DNA of 64,000 nt from the human T2T-CHM13v2.0 reference genome, Homo sapiens, in assembly GCF_009914755.1 (NCBI RefSeq), contig NC_060944.1; one strand, written 5' to 3'. The position numbers and the translations under genes were made by a program. Shown here piece by piece: positions 1 through 17,356 of this stretch. A model generated the notes under the pieces. The model searched no databases and was not told the origin of the DNA. It saw nothing but the letters and a program-made list of their open reading frames with translations. Each line of letters opens with the position of its first letter. The stretch's first letter is position 1.

Positions 1-748
1 GACTGAGCAGCTGGCCGCGCGGGGGGCTGACTCCCCCACCTCCCTCCTGGACGGGGCGGCTGGCCGGGCGGGGGGCTGACCCCCCCCACCTCCCTCCCGG
101 ACGGGGCGTCTCGCCTGGCGGGGGGCTGACTCCCCCACCTCCCTCCCGGACGGGGCGGCTGGCCGGGCAGAGGGGCTCCTCACTTCCCAGTAGGGGCGGC
201 CGGGCAGAGGCGCCCCTCACCTCCGGGATGGGGTGGCTGGCCGGGGCGGCTGGCCGGGCGGGGGGCTGACCCCCCCACCTCCCTTCCGGACGGGGTGGCT
301 GCCGGGCGGAGACGCTCCTCACTTCCCAGACAGGGTGGCAGCCGGGCGGAGGGTCTCCTCACTTCTCAGACGGGGCGGCCGGGCAGAGACGCTCCTCACC
401 TCCCAGACGGGGCGGCGGGGCAGAGGCGCTCCCCACATCTCAGACGATGGGCGGCCGGGCAGAGACGCTCCTCACTTCCCAGATGGGATGGCGGCCGGGA
501 AGAGGCGCTCCTCACTTCCTATGTGGGATGGCGGCCGGGCAGAGACGCTCCTCACTTTCCAGACTGGGCAGCCAGGCAGAGGGGCTCCTCACATCCCAGA
601 CGATGGGCGGCCAGGCAGATACGCACCTCACTTCCCAGATGGGGTAGCGGCCGGGCAGAGGCTGCAATCTCGGCACTTTGGGGGGCCAAGGCAGGCGGCT
701 GGGAGGTGGAGGTTGTAGCTGAGATCACGCCACTGCACTCCAGCCTGG
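1..748 (-). mobile_element. SVA retrotransposon (VNTR + part of Alu-like domain), 5'-truncated; continues off the left edge
   Basis: GC-rich VNTR units (ggccgggcagagacgctcctcacttcccag; ggccgggcggggggctgaccccccacctccc) followed by the reverse complement of the SVA Alu-like domain (gaggctgcaatctcggcactttggg...cactgcactccagcctgg); no CCCTCT hexamer head. Confidence 0.95.
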
Positions 749-838
749 CTAATTAAAAAAATTTTTTTTGTAGAGACGAGGTTTCACCATGTTGATCAGA
801 CTGGTCTGGGACTCCTGGGCTTAAGGGATCCTCCTGCA
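749..838 (-). mobile_element. Alu left-arm fragment abutting the SVA
   Basis: ctaatt...gtagagacgaggtttcaccatgttg...gatcctcctgc. Confidence 0.8.
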
Positions 839-846
839 GCACTCAA

Positions 847-1143
<297 letters not shown>

Positions 1144-1938
1144 TAAATCTTAAATTATTCCAAAATAAAATGTTTCTTCACATAAACAGTTAGTGGCACA
1201 ACACATAAAATTTCAGAATATTAGAAACAATGGATTGTATGAGCTTCTAGAGAAGAAAAAAAGTAGGTCACATAAAAACAATCAGGAAACACAATGGCAT
1301 CAGACTGCCCATCAGGAACCCTGAAGCAATCCCCCCACAACCTGGGAGAAATTACAGTCACCTACTTGCCTCAGCCTTGAACAGGGCAACCTGTCACTGC
1401 TTAGGTCACATACTGCTTAGCCCCAGAAGTCACCCTGGACTTCTACATTAGGGCAGCCCTGGCTGTGAACTATGTTTGCATAATGATAATAACACAAATG
1501 CTAAATACCAGCATAATAATATATATTATAACTATTATTTGCTGGGAGTGTGATTGTAGGAGTAAAATTACGTCAGTATGTGAATGTGTCCACGTGATAG
1601 GGAACAAGATAGTGCAAATTAAGTTTATATGGTAAGGAGTCAGATAATATTTAAGAATAAAAAATCAAAAAATAAGACTTCCATATCTGGTAGAAAAGAT
1701 GAGGTAATTGAATCAATTTTATAATGAAACTATTTAAAAATGCTTAAGTATCTGTATCTATTTGTCTCTAGTTCTCCATTTATCTATCAAACTGTATCTA
1801 TCTATTTATATCCCTAAAAACATTGAGCTAAAAACGTAAGGGGAAATACTGAGGTCAAATTTTTCTGTTTTGAGCGTAATATCAGATTACCAAAGCTGCT
1901 TCTGTCTTGCTAATACTGCATAGTTGGGCTTTTGTTCA

Positions 1939-2271
<333 letters not shown>

Positions 2272-2907
2272 TTAGGGCTTGTTTAAGGTGGGTAGACTCA
2301 AAGACCCTGTTCAAATCAAGCTGGGACCCCCCACAAAGGCCTATACTCTCAGGATAAAGGTAAATCAGAACCAAACTTGTTCCCTTCCACTACCCCAGGG
2401 GAGTTTGGAGAAGGCCGTCTTGGTCCTGAACAAAGAGAAAAAAAGATAGGAGAAACAAACAAACAAAAAATCTGTCTTTGAGAATTTGTGGCTACTGATC
2501 AGTCCTGACTTGTACCTGGAACAGTCTGTGCTACCTGGAGGGGACAGCTGTGAACTTAGTTTGAGGAAGTCATTGAGTGATGAAACAGAAGCAAAATAGA
2601 AGGTCTCTCTGGAACTTGATATATCCATTCTGGGCCTTAGGGAGCACCTAAAATACATTTTCAAGGGTGATGACCAGCAGGAGGTCAAAGATAATAAACA
2701 AGAAAATAAGATAACATGAGAAAGAAACAGCAGAAACAACCAACTCTAGAAACAGATTCACACAGGCTTAGGATATTAGAATTGTCAGACAGATTATAAA
2801 AAGTACACTTAAAATATTTAAAGAAATAAATGAAAAGCCTGAAAAATATCTATAAGAGATAGCAAATGCTAAAAGTTGACCAACAAGTTTTAGAAAAATA
2901 TCAATTA

Positions 2908-3530
<623 letters not shown>

Positions 3531-3776
3531 GAAATAGAATTCAGAAACAAATACTTTGTCATCTATAGACCATAACTAAATGAAAGTATAAGAGGTGTGT
3601 TTCTGGTAGAAAGAAAATGACTCTAATATAGAAGACCAGAGATGCAGAAAGAAATAATGAGTAACAAAATGGAACATATGTGGGTAAATATAAGTGTAAA
3701 ATGTGGGTAAATATTAATGTACATTGGTCATTTAAAATGATAGTCATGATGTTTTGTTGGATAAAAACCATATGTA

Positions 3777-4112
<336 letters not shown>

Positions 4113-4311
4113 TCAGGTGTGTGTAAAAGGACTTAAAAGTGTTCTAAGGTCCTTGCATTGCCCAGGAGGAGGGTTAATGGATCAATTCACATTAGACTGG
4201 ATGAGGCAATGATAAACATTATGATTTTGAGGGTCACTGCTAAATTACTAGAAAAAGATTGTTTAACATTCAAATTAGCAGAAACAAAAAATGGAATAAT
4301 GAACTATATTA

Positions 4312-4500
<189 letters not shown>

Positions 4501-4553
4501 AAGAACTGAGACAAATATAAGACTCATAATTCACAATGATAAAATGTCATTTT

Positions 4554-4841
4554 GGCTGGGTGTAGTGGCTCACACCTGTAATCCCAGCATTTTGGGAGGC
4601 AGGTGGATCACTTGAGGCCAGGAGTTCAAAACCAGCCTGGCCCACATGGCGAAACCCTGTCTCTGCTAAAAATATGAAAGTTAGCCGGGTGTGGTAGAAC
4701 ATACTCGTAAGCTCAGCTACTCAGGAGGCTGAGGCACAAGAATTGTTTGAACCCAGGAGGCAGAGGTTGCACTCTGTGAGCCGAGATCACACCACTGCAC
4801 TCCAGCCTAGGTGACAGTGAAAGACTCCGTCTCAGAAAAAA
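4554..4841 (+). mobile_element. Alu (S/J)
   Basis: Dimeric Alu consensus match. Confidence 0.88.
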
Positions 4842-5725
4842 GGCAATTTTCCAGGAAGATGTAATAATTCTAAATTTGTAGGCACCTACTAATATCGTCC
4901 TCAAAATAAAATGCTAAATCAACAGAACTAGAAGTAGAAATAGATGTGTCTATGATCATGGTGAGACATTTTAACATATTTCTTGCAGAAACTCTACAAA
5001 ATAGATCTACAGGCTTGTTGTTTGCCATTCTTTCTTTCTGCCTATTCTTTTCTTCCTTTCTCTTTTCTACTCTGAAATACAGGGAGCTACATGTCCTAGA
5101 CTTTGGTTCAGCCGATAGGGGCATTCTCAGAAAACTAGCAGGTAGAGGGGGGAAAGCCATTTTCTCTCTACTTTGAGTGGTGTGTGTGTGTTTTCTCCAC
5201 AGCCCCAGCTTCCACCTGGAAAAAATTAATTAACTAGAAAACAAGCATACAAAAGAGAGGATTAATGAAGCCACACATTGGTTCTCTGAAAAGACTAATG
5301 AAATTGATAAACCTTTTGTGATCCTGATCAAGAAAAAAGAGAACAGTCTCAGGAATATAACAGAGGCATCACTTCTGATCCTATAAATTCTAAAAACTAA
5401 AAAGAGGATATTATGGACACATTTTATATCAATCAATTTAAAAATTAAGGTGGAAATCCTAGGGAAAATACAAAAATGATACAAGAAAAAATAGAAAACT
5501 TGAAAAACTCCTCTAACTTTTAAAGTACCTGAATTCATAATTTAAAACTTCTCTTCAAAGAAAATTTAAGGCTCACATGGCTTTACTGGCAAGTCATATT
5601 AACATTTAAGGAATAAATAATTTCAGTCTTACACAGACTCCTTCGGGTAATAGAGAAAAAAGCATTTCCTTAATCACTACAGTAATGGAGCGTGATATTG
5701 GCTCAAGGTGGGAGGACTCGTTCTA

Positions 5726-6088
<363 letters not shown>

Positions 6089-6726
6089 TTAGTACTCAAG
6101 ACAGTATGGTATTGGTGTTAAGATAGAAAACTAGACCATATTTAAACAATTTATGACAAAGATGGCTCTGCAGAGCAGCAGGGAAAGGAGAGCCTTTTCG
6201 GTTAAATGGTGCTGAAACAGAAAAGTTGGTATAGAGAAGTGGTTAGACAGGTGATGGAAATCTGAAAGATCAAAAAGAAGATGAGGTAACCCAGAGAAAA
6301 GTAACTCCAGTCTCTTCTAGCATTTAGGGAACAAATGTAGGGGAGGTGGTGCCACCAGAATCTAAGAGTGCAGAGAAAGGAGCTGGGCCCAGGGAGGAGG
6401 AACATGTTGCCAGAGCTTCAACTTTGAAGGAGGGGCCTCCACTTCAAAGAGGAAGAAGGAAAGACTGAGAAGAAAGGAAAAAGAAGAAAGACTTCTTTCT
6501 GCTGCCTTCTGATCTCCTGCCCATGTATCTCTTCTTGGAGAGCCTAATGGGAAACGATCAACAAGGAAGGCTGAGAAACATAATTCACAGGCCCCAGTCC
6601 CAGTGTTCACAAGCAGAAAATGGAAAGGTAAATTATCAGCACTAGTATCCATATGGAGAAATGAAAATTGACTTCTTTCTCATACCATACACACTATAAC
6701 ATCTAAATATTAAGGGCAAACAATGA

Positions 6727-7075
<349 letters not shown>

Positions 7076-7146
7076 CTGACAAATATTTCTTAAACAGGTC
7101 ACAAAAACCACTAACTATAAAGGAAACAATAAATTCAAGGACATAA

Positions 7147-7446
<300 letters not shown>

Positions 7447-7583
7447 CTTTTTTTTTTTTTTTTTTTTTTAAGAGAAAGGTTCTCATGTTGCCCAGGCTGA
7501 TCTTGAGCTCCTGGGCTCAAGCAATCCGCCTGCCTCAGCCTCTCAAAGTGCTAGGATTACGGTGTAAGCCACTGCACCTGGCC
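7447..7583 (-). mobile_element. FLAM/Alu monomer
   Basis: poly-T + single monomer. Confidence 0.8.
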
Positions 7584-7628
7584 CTGAAAATTAAAAACTT
7601 ATGTCCACCAGAAGATGACATTGAATGA

Positions 7629-8078
<450 letters not shown>

Positions 8079-8111
8079 TAATGTATTTAAAAGTCAAGAA
8101 TTGGCACTATA

Positions 8112-8159
8112 GGCCAGGCGTGGGTGACAAGAGCAAAACTCTGTCTCAAAAAAAAAAAA
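8112..8159 (+). mobile_element. Internally deleted mini-Alu (48 bp) with 13-bp TSD
   Basis: aattggcactata | ggccaggcgtgg + gtgacaagagcaaaactctgtctc + poly-A | aattggcactata. Confidence 0.85.
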
Positions 8160-8220
8160 TTGGCACTATAAGCATGTTCCTTGGAACTATGGATGTAAAT
8201 GCAAGGAGAAATAATTTTAG

Positions 8221-8586
<366 letters not shown>

Positions 8587-8747
8587 TAAGAATTAACAAT
8601 TAGAAATCAATTTTAAAATTATTGAAAAAATAAAGAAAAATTGGCAGAATCAGATTAATGGAACACAAGACCAGAGAGAATCAAAACATACCAGTTAGAA
8701 GTTTAGGATCAAGTAAAAAGCAGGGCTTCCCAATGAAGTTAACCGAT

Positions 8748-9021
8748 AATCCCAGCACTTTGGGAGGCCAAGGCAGGCAGATCACTCGAGGTCAGGAGTT
8801 CGAGACCAGCCTGACCAACATGGTGAAACCCTGTCTCTATTAAAAAAAAAATACAAAAATTAGCCAGTCATGGTGGCATGTGCCTGTAATCTTAGCTACT
8901 CAGGAAGCTGAGGCAGGAGAATGGCTTGAACCCGGGAGGAGGAGGTTTCAGTGAGCCGAGATCGCACCACTGCACTCCAGCCTGGGTGACAGAGCAAGCG
9001 AGACTCCATCTCCAAAAAAAA
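8748..9021 (+). mobile_element. AluS, 5'-truncated
   Basis: Starts at taatcccagcactttgggagg; TSD-like gaagttaacc on both sides. Confidence 0.9.
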
Positions 9022-9480
9022 GAGAAGTTAACCAATATTTAAACAACAGGGAATTGTTACATGCATAGAAGAACAGATCAATGGAGCAAACTGCATAATC
9101 AAGAAACAGACCCACAGAAATGTAGAATTTAGCTTTAATGAATGCAGCATTTCCAACTGTTGGGAAGAAGAGAGTACTCAATATATGGTTTGGGGACAAC
9201 AGGTTTTATATATTGGAAAAGAATTAAGTTAGGTTTCTACCTCATACCATCAATAAAAATAAATTCTAGGCGAAATATAGATCTAAAATGAAAATATCAA
9301 AAATTCTAAAAGCAAATATGTTGGAGGATTAAAAATTAAAATTCAGAGGGAGGAAAGTTTTCATAAGTGAGACACGAAAGGTTGAGATGAATATGGCAGC
9401 TGTTCAATACTTACAGGCTTTTTCTTCTTCCATTCTTCCATGACAAAACTCTTCTGTCTTGTGTGGAGCAGCTTGAGTAG

Positions 9481-10016
<536 letters not shown>

Positions 10017-10027
10017 CTGTTTTTCAT

Positions 10028-10320
<293 letters not shown>

Positions 10321-10629
10321 GAGAAATAGCTCTAATGATATGGTTGGAATTATGATTCTGGCTGTGGCTTAATACTAAATAACTCCAGAATTCTCAATTT
10401 TGTTACCAAAAATTGTCTTTTTCTTCGAATCAGATTGAGTTGGGTTTCCATCACCTTCAGCCCAAAGAACCACATCTGATAAATCCAAAAATGATGCTGG
10501 TTAGCTTGTCAATTTAGACCACATAAAATTACAGCCTTCTCAACGTGAGAAATAGCAATAAACAGAGTCAAAGGTATGAGATGGAGTGGAAGAAATTACA
10601 GCAAACAATGGACAAAAGATCAATGTCTG

Positions 10630-10947
10630 GGCCAGGCATACTGGCTCACACCTATAATGTTAGCACTTTGGGAGGCCAAGGTGGGAAGATCACTTGAACC
10701 CAGGAGTCTGAGACCAGCCTGGGCAACACAGGGAGACCCCATATCTATAAAAATTTAAAAATTTAAAAATGATGGTGTGTGCTGTAATTCCCACTACTCA
10801 AGAAGCTGAGGCAGGAGGATTGCTTGAGCCTGGGAGATGGAGACTGCAGTGAGCTGTGTTCATGTCACTGCACTCCAGCCTGGGCAACACTCCAGCCTGG
10901 GCAACCGAGCAAGACCCTGTGTCAAAAAAAGAAAAGGAAAAAGAAAA
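10630..10947 (+). mobile_element. AluJ with internal 17-bp tandem duplication
   Basis: cactccagcctgggcaa x2 at 10871-10904. Confidence 0.88.
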
Positions 10948-12051
10948 ATCAGTGTCCAGAATATATAGAGTACCTCCAACTCAGTAGGGAGAAAATAAGA
11001 TGACTCAAAGGAAAGACGAGAAAACAAAAAGGGTATTGTGGCTGTCAAAGCTCTTTCCTTTAGGAATGATAAAGCTTAACTCTTACCCTTTTAAAGTTAA
11101 AAAACAAACAAAAAAAGGTGGTGGGGAGTGGATTTGTTGGTTCCATAATTGAATGAGAACCCAAGGGAGCAGTATGCTTCAGAAACAGCAGGATCCTTGT
11201 TCTTGGACACTGCTCACAGCTATTGCTTGCTCTCTCTTCCTCTCTTGGTTCTAATTCTTTCCTTTTTATGAGTAGGCTTTATTGTCACCCAGAGTCTCTC
11301 CACATGGCAGTAATGTATTTTCCAGCAGCTTCAGACTTGCCATCATTGCCGTCTATCAGAACTGTTTGGGTTGTGAGTGTTACAAAATTCATTGTAAATT
11401 AGCTTAAACAAACAAAATAAGAGAACTTACTAGCCTGTATAATCAAAGAGGTGTAATCTAGGATAGGGTTGGCTTGTAGGGGAGCTTAAGCTAAGAGCTC
11501 CAGCAATGTCAACGACTTGGGCTTATTTCACTCCCTCCATTAGGAGCCTGCCTGCTGCTGTGTTTGTTGGCTTCATTCTCAGAACAGTCCCTCATGCTAC
11601 CTTCCAGCGGCCCTAGGTTCTTCTCATCCTTGATGCTCTTAGTCCAGGGAAAAAGAGTTTTTCTCTCTCTTAACAATCCCATATTTCAATGGCTCTCATT
11701 GGGACGCAGGGCTATGCCAAACAGTCTCTGTGGTCACGGGAACATGACTAATCAGATGCGGGTTACATGCCTAACTATGGGCTCAAAGAGAATTCACCTC
11801 CACTCAAAGTAGAGGAACTGAGAATGAGAGGAAGGTAGCTCCCTCCCCTTTCCTGCACAATGGGTGTAGTGTTATCAGGGGTGAAATACATGTTAGAGAG
11901 TAAAATTAACATACACCTACCACAATTTTCTTACATGTAGCTCATAACCTTAGAAAGAGACATACCTGCTTCTTCCCAGAGTCCATATCAATGCTCCAGA
12001 AGGCTGTAGCTATGTTGGGGTCATGTGTCTTCCTCTGGGTCAAGCCATCAT

Positions 12052-12500
12052 TGTGTCCTACTGAAGGGCTGTCTTTGGCTGGGCATCTTAGAAGCAGAAC
12101 CTGAGACAGCAAATTCACTGCCCCTGATTAATGGTGGGAGCACTCTCAGGAAAAACCTATAATGGAGGGAGGGATGGATAGGGCAGGGGAAGGAGTTAGG
12201 TGAAGATGAGTCCAACTGAAGTCTAGCTTCAGCCTGATCCCTAGGAGAGCTCTGAAGCATCAATTGCCCTTATCCTTGTCCCCCATTGAGGTAAAGAGGG
12301 CTGACTTTTGTACCCCTCATCTTTGGATATGGAATGTCCCCTTGAGGGATAATCTTTCAAGCAAAGTGACCCTGTCCTGCTGAGGGCAATTTTCTGATAA
12401 AAGGTGCAGTTGTGAGCCTCTAGCACTTAGGGGAACTGGGGGCTGCGTGCTAGGGTGAGTAAAAGGGATCTGGCTGGGCCTCCAACTGTGCCTACCACAA
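12052..12500 (-). mobile_element. ERVL LTR (LTR16-like)
   Basis: cttagaagcagaacctgagacag...cttcagcctgatccctaggagagctctgaagc; reverse-complement similarity to 25570-25860. Confidence 0.6.
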
Positions 12501-12621
12501 TGAACTAGCGAGATTGATCTTCTGGGGACATTTGTCAGTCTTGTGACAGAGGACGTGGTTCTTTTTGTTTTATTGTATATATTTAAGATGTGCAACATGA
12601 TATTTTGACATACATGTAGAT

Positions 12622-12843
12622 CAGGGGTGTCTGATCTTTTGGCTTTCCTGGGCCACATTGGAAGAAGAATTGTCTTGGGCCAACCATAAAATATGCTAAC
12701 ACTAATGATAGCTGATAAGCAAAAAAAAAAAAATCGCAAAAAAGCTCATGATGTTTTAAGAAAGTCTATGAATTTTTGTTGGGCTGCATTCAAAGCTGTT
12801 CTGGGTCACATGCAGCCTGCGGGCCGCGGGTTGGACAAGCTTG
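12622..12843 (+). mobile_element. MER30 (hAT-Charlie DNA transposon)
   Basis: caggggtgtc.gatcttttggct...gggccgcgggttggacaagcttg; degenerate 8-bp TSD atgtagat/ctgtagac. Confidence 0.88.
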
Positions 12844-13134
12844 CTGTAGACAGTGAAATGGTTACTATAGTCAAGGAAAGTAATATATTTATCACCTCAC
12901 ATAATTACCCATTTTTTCTGTGTGTGGCAAAAGCAACTAAAATCTATTCTTTTAGCAAAAAATCTCAACTACAATGCATTATTACTAACTGTAAATCTCA
13001 TGCTGTTTGTCAGGTCTCTGGACTACTTAGTCCTACATACCTACTCTTTGTATTCTTTGACCTACGTCTCCCTATTTCCTCCTCCTCACCCCCATAACCA
13101 CTGTTTTACTGTTTTATTCTCTATGCATTCAACT

Positions 13135-13424
13135 TTTTCCCCCCAGACAGGGTCTCTCTCTGTTGCCCAGGCTGGAGTACAGTGATACAATCAAGGCTCA
13201 CTGCAGCCTTGACCTCCTGGGCTCAAGTGGTCCTCCCACCCCAGTCTCCTGAGTAGATGGGACTATAGGCATGCGTGGCCACATCCAGTTAATTTTTTAA
13301 TTTTTTCGTAGAGATCAAGTTTCACCATGTTGCCTGGGCTGGTCTCGAGCTGCTAGACTCAAGTGAGCCTTCTGCTGCAGCCTCCCAAAGCACTGGGATT
13401 ACAGGTGTGAGCCACCACCCTGGC
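13135..13424 (-). mobile_element. AluJ
   Basis: Reverse Alu with J diagnostics. Confidence 0.85.
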
Positions 13425-13859
13425 CTTGCCTTTTTTTTTTTTTTTTTTTTTAAGATCCTACATATAAGTGAGATCATGCAGTATTTTTCTTTCTGTATCT
13501 GGTTTATTTTACTTAGCATAATGTCTTCCAGGTTCAACCATGCTATTGCAAATGGCAGGATCTCCTTTTTTTATTTTTATTTTTTTTGTAAAGATGGGGT
13601 TTGCTATGTTGCCTAAGCTAATCTCTAACTCCTGGGATCAAGCATTCCTCCCACCTTGGCCTCCCGAAGTGTTGGGATCACACTGCACCCTGCTGCATTT
13701 CGCTTCTTTAACTGCCTGCTATTCACACGTGTGCCTACCAATTTCAAAAATGCTAAAAAGTCCCCATTTAAGATAACATAGTTAGTTCACAATTGAAGAA
13801 AAGCTCTCCCACTTCTTGCAATAAACACTGTCATTGCTCTGCCCATACCCTTGTTCTTG

Positions 13860-14282
13860 CCACTTTAGTGCATTCTGGGCTGATTTCCAGCTGCCAGTAT
13901 GTGCATTTCTTTGCCTTAAGGCTTTCTCTGACTGTTCCCTACTTTGCCACCTGCACAGCAGGCCAGAAGTACGAAGAATGAATGTTTCTCCCTCCTTGGG
14001 AGCTACTCTTAACCAATGACTGATGGGAGTTGATGTATAAATACCGCAGCCCCCTCACTCCTTGTAGTGGGATAACACTGTGGAGCGTGTTCTATGCAGG
14101 CTCCCAGAGTTCCCCATGAGATTGTGCTCCAATTGTACACAGTGGTAACTGGCTTGATAATGCGCCCTATATTAGTTGTCTTACTTTCCCCCTCTCCCAC
14201 CAGTGTTTTCCCTTACCTCCCAAATAAACTCCTTGCAATGGATTCCTTGTCTCAGAATATGCTTCTGGGGACACATAAACAA
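13860..14282 (+). mobile_element. ERVL solo LTR (LTR16C-like)
   Basis: CCAAT (aaccaatgac), TATA-like gtataaata, aataaa poly(A) signal and terminal ccttgtctcagaatatgcttctgggg. Confidence 0.65.
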
Positions 14283-14585
14283 AAACCTCCCCTCCCCAAA
14301 CTGAAATAGCTCAAGTCAGGCCATGTCTGCTGTGGGAGGGAATGTGTATGTGTGAGGGGGTGGCTTCCATCACTTGTGTGTTAGCTGCATTCTTTTTATT
14401 TTTTTAAAACACATTTATTTTAAAATTTTACATAATCTTTGGGTAATTCAGAATTAGCTTAGGCAGGTTTCAGAAGTTTCTGAGACTGGTGTCTCAACTT
14501 TAAAGCAATAGCATACTCTAGTTTCTTTTCAGATCGTCTTAATCTTTCATCTTTTACTAAAAATAAAGATTGAAATACACCAATA

Positions 14586-15010
14586 GGCTGGGCGCCGTGG
14601 CTCATGCCTGTAATCTCAATACTTTGGGAGGCCGAGGCAGGTGGATCACCTGAGATCAGGAGTTCAAGACAACCCTGGCCAACATGGCTGAAGCCCGTCT
14701 CTACTAAAAATACAAAAATTAGTCGGGGTGGTGGCGGGCATCTGTAATCCCAGCTACTCAGGAGGCTGAAGGAGGAGAATCACTTGAACCTGGGAGGCAG
14801 AGGTTGCAGTGAGCGGAGATTGCAGCACTGTACTCCAGCCTGGGCGACAGAGTGAGAAAAGAAAGAAGGAAGAAAGGAAGGAAGGAAGGAGAGAGAGAGA
14901 GAGAAAGGAAAGAAAGAATGAAAGGAAGGAGAGAAAGAGAGATAAAGGGAAGGAGAGAGAGAAAGAAAGAGCGAGGAAGGGAAGGAAGGAAGGAAAGAAA
15001 GAAAGAGAGA
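14586..15010 (+). mobile_element. AluS whose tail is a ~155-bp GA-rich simple repeat
   Basis: Alu 14586-14856, purine tract 14856-15010, TSD gaaa(t)acaccaata on both sides. Confidence 0.9.
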
Positions 15011-15088
15011 AAACACCAATAGAAATAGCTTATTTGATTTGCGGAAGGATTAGAGAGGACCCCATGATCTAGTATGCATGGATGGCTA

Positions 15089-15437
<349 letters not shown>

Positions 15438-16049
15438 GATGTTAATTTTAAATTGTCTGCCACAAATATTAAACAGCTCACCAGACCAACAATAACATCT
15501 ATATCTTATTTGTATTTTACCAAAGTTCCCACATACAGATAGCATAGAAGTTCCACAGCTAAAAGTTTTATACACTTCAGAATCATATTTAAATTAATCT
15601 GATCTCTTGTATTAATAATAAAAATTAAGAACTAGATTCCACTCAGCGTGGTCTCAGTCTCCACACCAACATGTATTTACTACTGACAGAATGCCTCCTT
15701 CCTCTGCACTCAGTGATCATGATTTATGATCTGATGTGTCAAATCAGAACATAAAGCAAACCAGGGATTCACGGGCCCAGAGAAGGGTAAAGAACTCGTC
15801 CCATCCAGCAGGTAAGCAGCCCAAGTGCTCTGCCCATTCCCAAGCAGGATCAGAGCTGAGCAGCAGGCAGTGAGGAGGAGAGCACGTTCTTCCTTGTCCA
15901 TTGCCTTGGGTGGTTTCTTGAGTGTCCCAAGTGGGGTAGTTGTTTCTCAATAGGAAAGTTAACTCTCTGAGGACAGGACCTCCTCCCACCTCCCTCGCAG
16001 CAGGGTCCAGCCCAAGTGTGAGGAGAGAGCAGGTCCTTAATAAAAGAAG

Positions 16050-16265
16050 GAACCAGCATATACGGAGCACCTACTATGTGCCAGGTACAGAGCCAGGGCA
16101 GGTGCGTTCAGGTAATCCTCGCAACAGCACTGGGGGTGGGATCATCATCCCTTCTTTACAGATGTGGAAACAGAGGCCAGGGAACGGAATCTGCCCAAAA
16201 TGGCACAGCTAGTAAGTAGGGGAGCATCAATTTGAAAACCCAGGTCTTCTCACTCCAGGGCTCTT
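16050..16265 (-). mobile_element. MIR
   Basis: gagcacctactatgtgccagg...ctttacagatgtggaaacagaggc...ggcacagctagtaagt. Confidence 0.75.
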
Positions 16266-17060
16266 TCTCCTACCTGTATAAGCTGAGGGTTTGGCAGTAA
16301 ATGAGGATCCCAGCTCCAAGGTGGTTGCTTTGGAGCTCAAACATTAGATCCCCTTGAGCGCGTGGGGCCAGCCCTGAGAGTCCAGAGGCCTGGGTCCGGG
16401 AATCCTGGCTCTACAGCATGACTTCATCATGATCTTGAGTGAGTCCTTTAACTTCTCTACACCAGAGCCAGACTAATCCAGTGGGGTTCCCTACCAGGGA
16501 GAGGGGATTCAGCAAAACCATCGGGGGAGTATGTTTGCAAACCATAGGGAGCCAGTGTCTGCCCACAGACTCTGATGTTGTTCCTTTGCAGGGAGTACGT
16601 AGTGTGCCATACTCCACTATCAGATTGGCATAGCAATCTGATATCACACCCCTCACACCTGTTGAGAATCAGTTATGATCTCCAAGGTTCTGACCTCTGA
16701 GAGTGACATAAGTCCTAGGGAAGCACAGCCCCACTCCCTGAGACACCTTTTTCAGAAGTCCCATGAGGTCAAAGACATTGGGGTCAGGATACTTTAAAGC
16801 CAAAAATGCTTAAAAGTAATTTGGGAGGGGAAGACAGGTTTCAAAGGGAAAAGAAAGGTGATAGTTAGGAGGAGGTTTGGGAGTGGGTATTAAAAAGGAA
16901 GGGTTGGAGTATGGCATGCAAACCCAGCTGGTAGGACAGGGTCAGGCCAGGCCGAGCCTAGAGAAATCAGGTTTTAGGGATCTGGCTTGCCTGTTGTCTG
17001 TTGTGAGGTTGCACTCACTACCTCAGGAACGGGTAGGGGGCTTTGTCAAAAATGTCTTGA

Positions 17061-17356
17061 GGCTGGGTGCAGTCGCACATGCCTGTAATCCCAGCACTTT
17101 GGGAGGCTGAAGTAGGAGGATCACTGCAGCCTGGGCAATATAGGGAGACCGCATCTCTACAAATAACAACAACAACAGCAACAACAACAACGAATAGCCA
17201 GACTTTGTGCTGCATGCCTGTCGTTCCAGCTACTTGGGAGGCTGAGGCGGGTGAATCAGTTGAGTCCGGGAGGTTGAGGCTCCATTGCACGAGGGCTTGT
17301 GATTGTGCCACTGCACTCTATCCTGGGTGACACAGCGAGACCCTGTCTCAAAAAAT
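17061..17356 (+). mobile_element. AluJ with (CAA)n middle linker
   Basis: Dimeric Alu match. Confidence 0.85.

Larger units (their letters stand above)
12566..13570 (-). mobile_element. L1MA 3' end, interrupted by MER30 and AluJ
   Basis: tttattgtatatatttaagatgtgcaacatga...; agatcctacatataagtgagatcatgcagtattt...cttagcataatgtcttccaggttc. Confidence 0.75.

Noticed and set aside
180-756. GC-rich ORFs of 60-161 aa
   Set aside because: Stop-poor SVA VNTR translations, not genes
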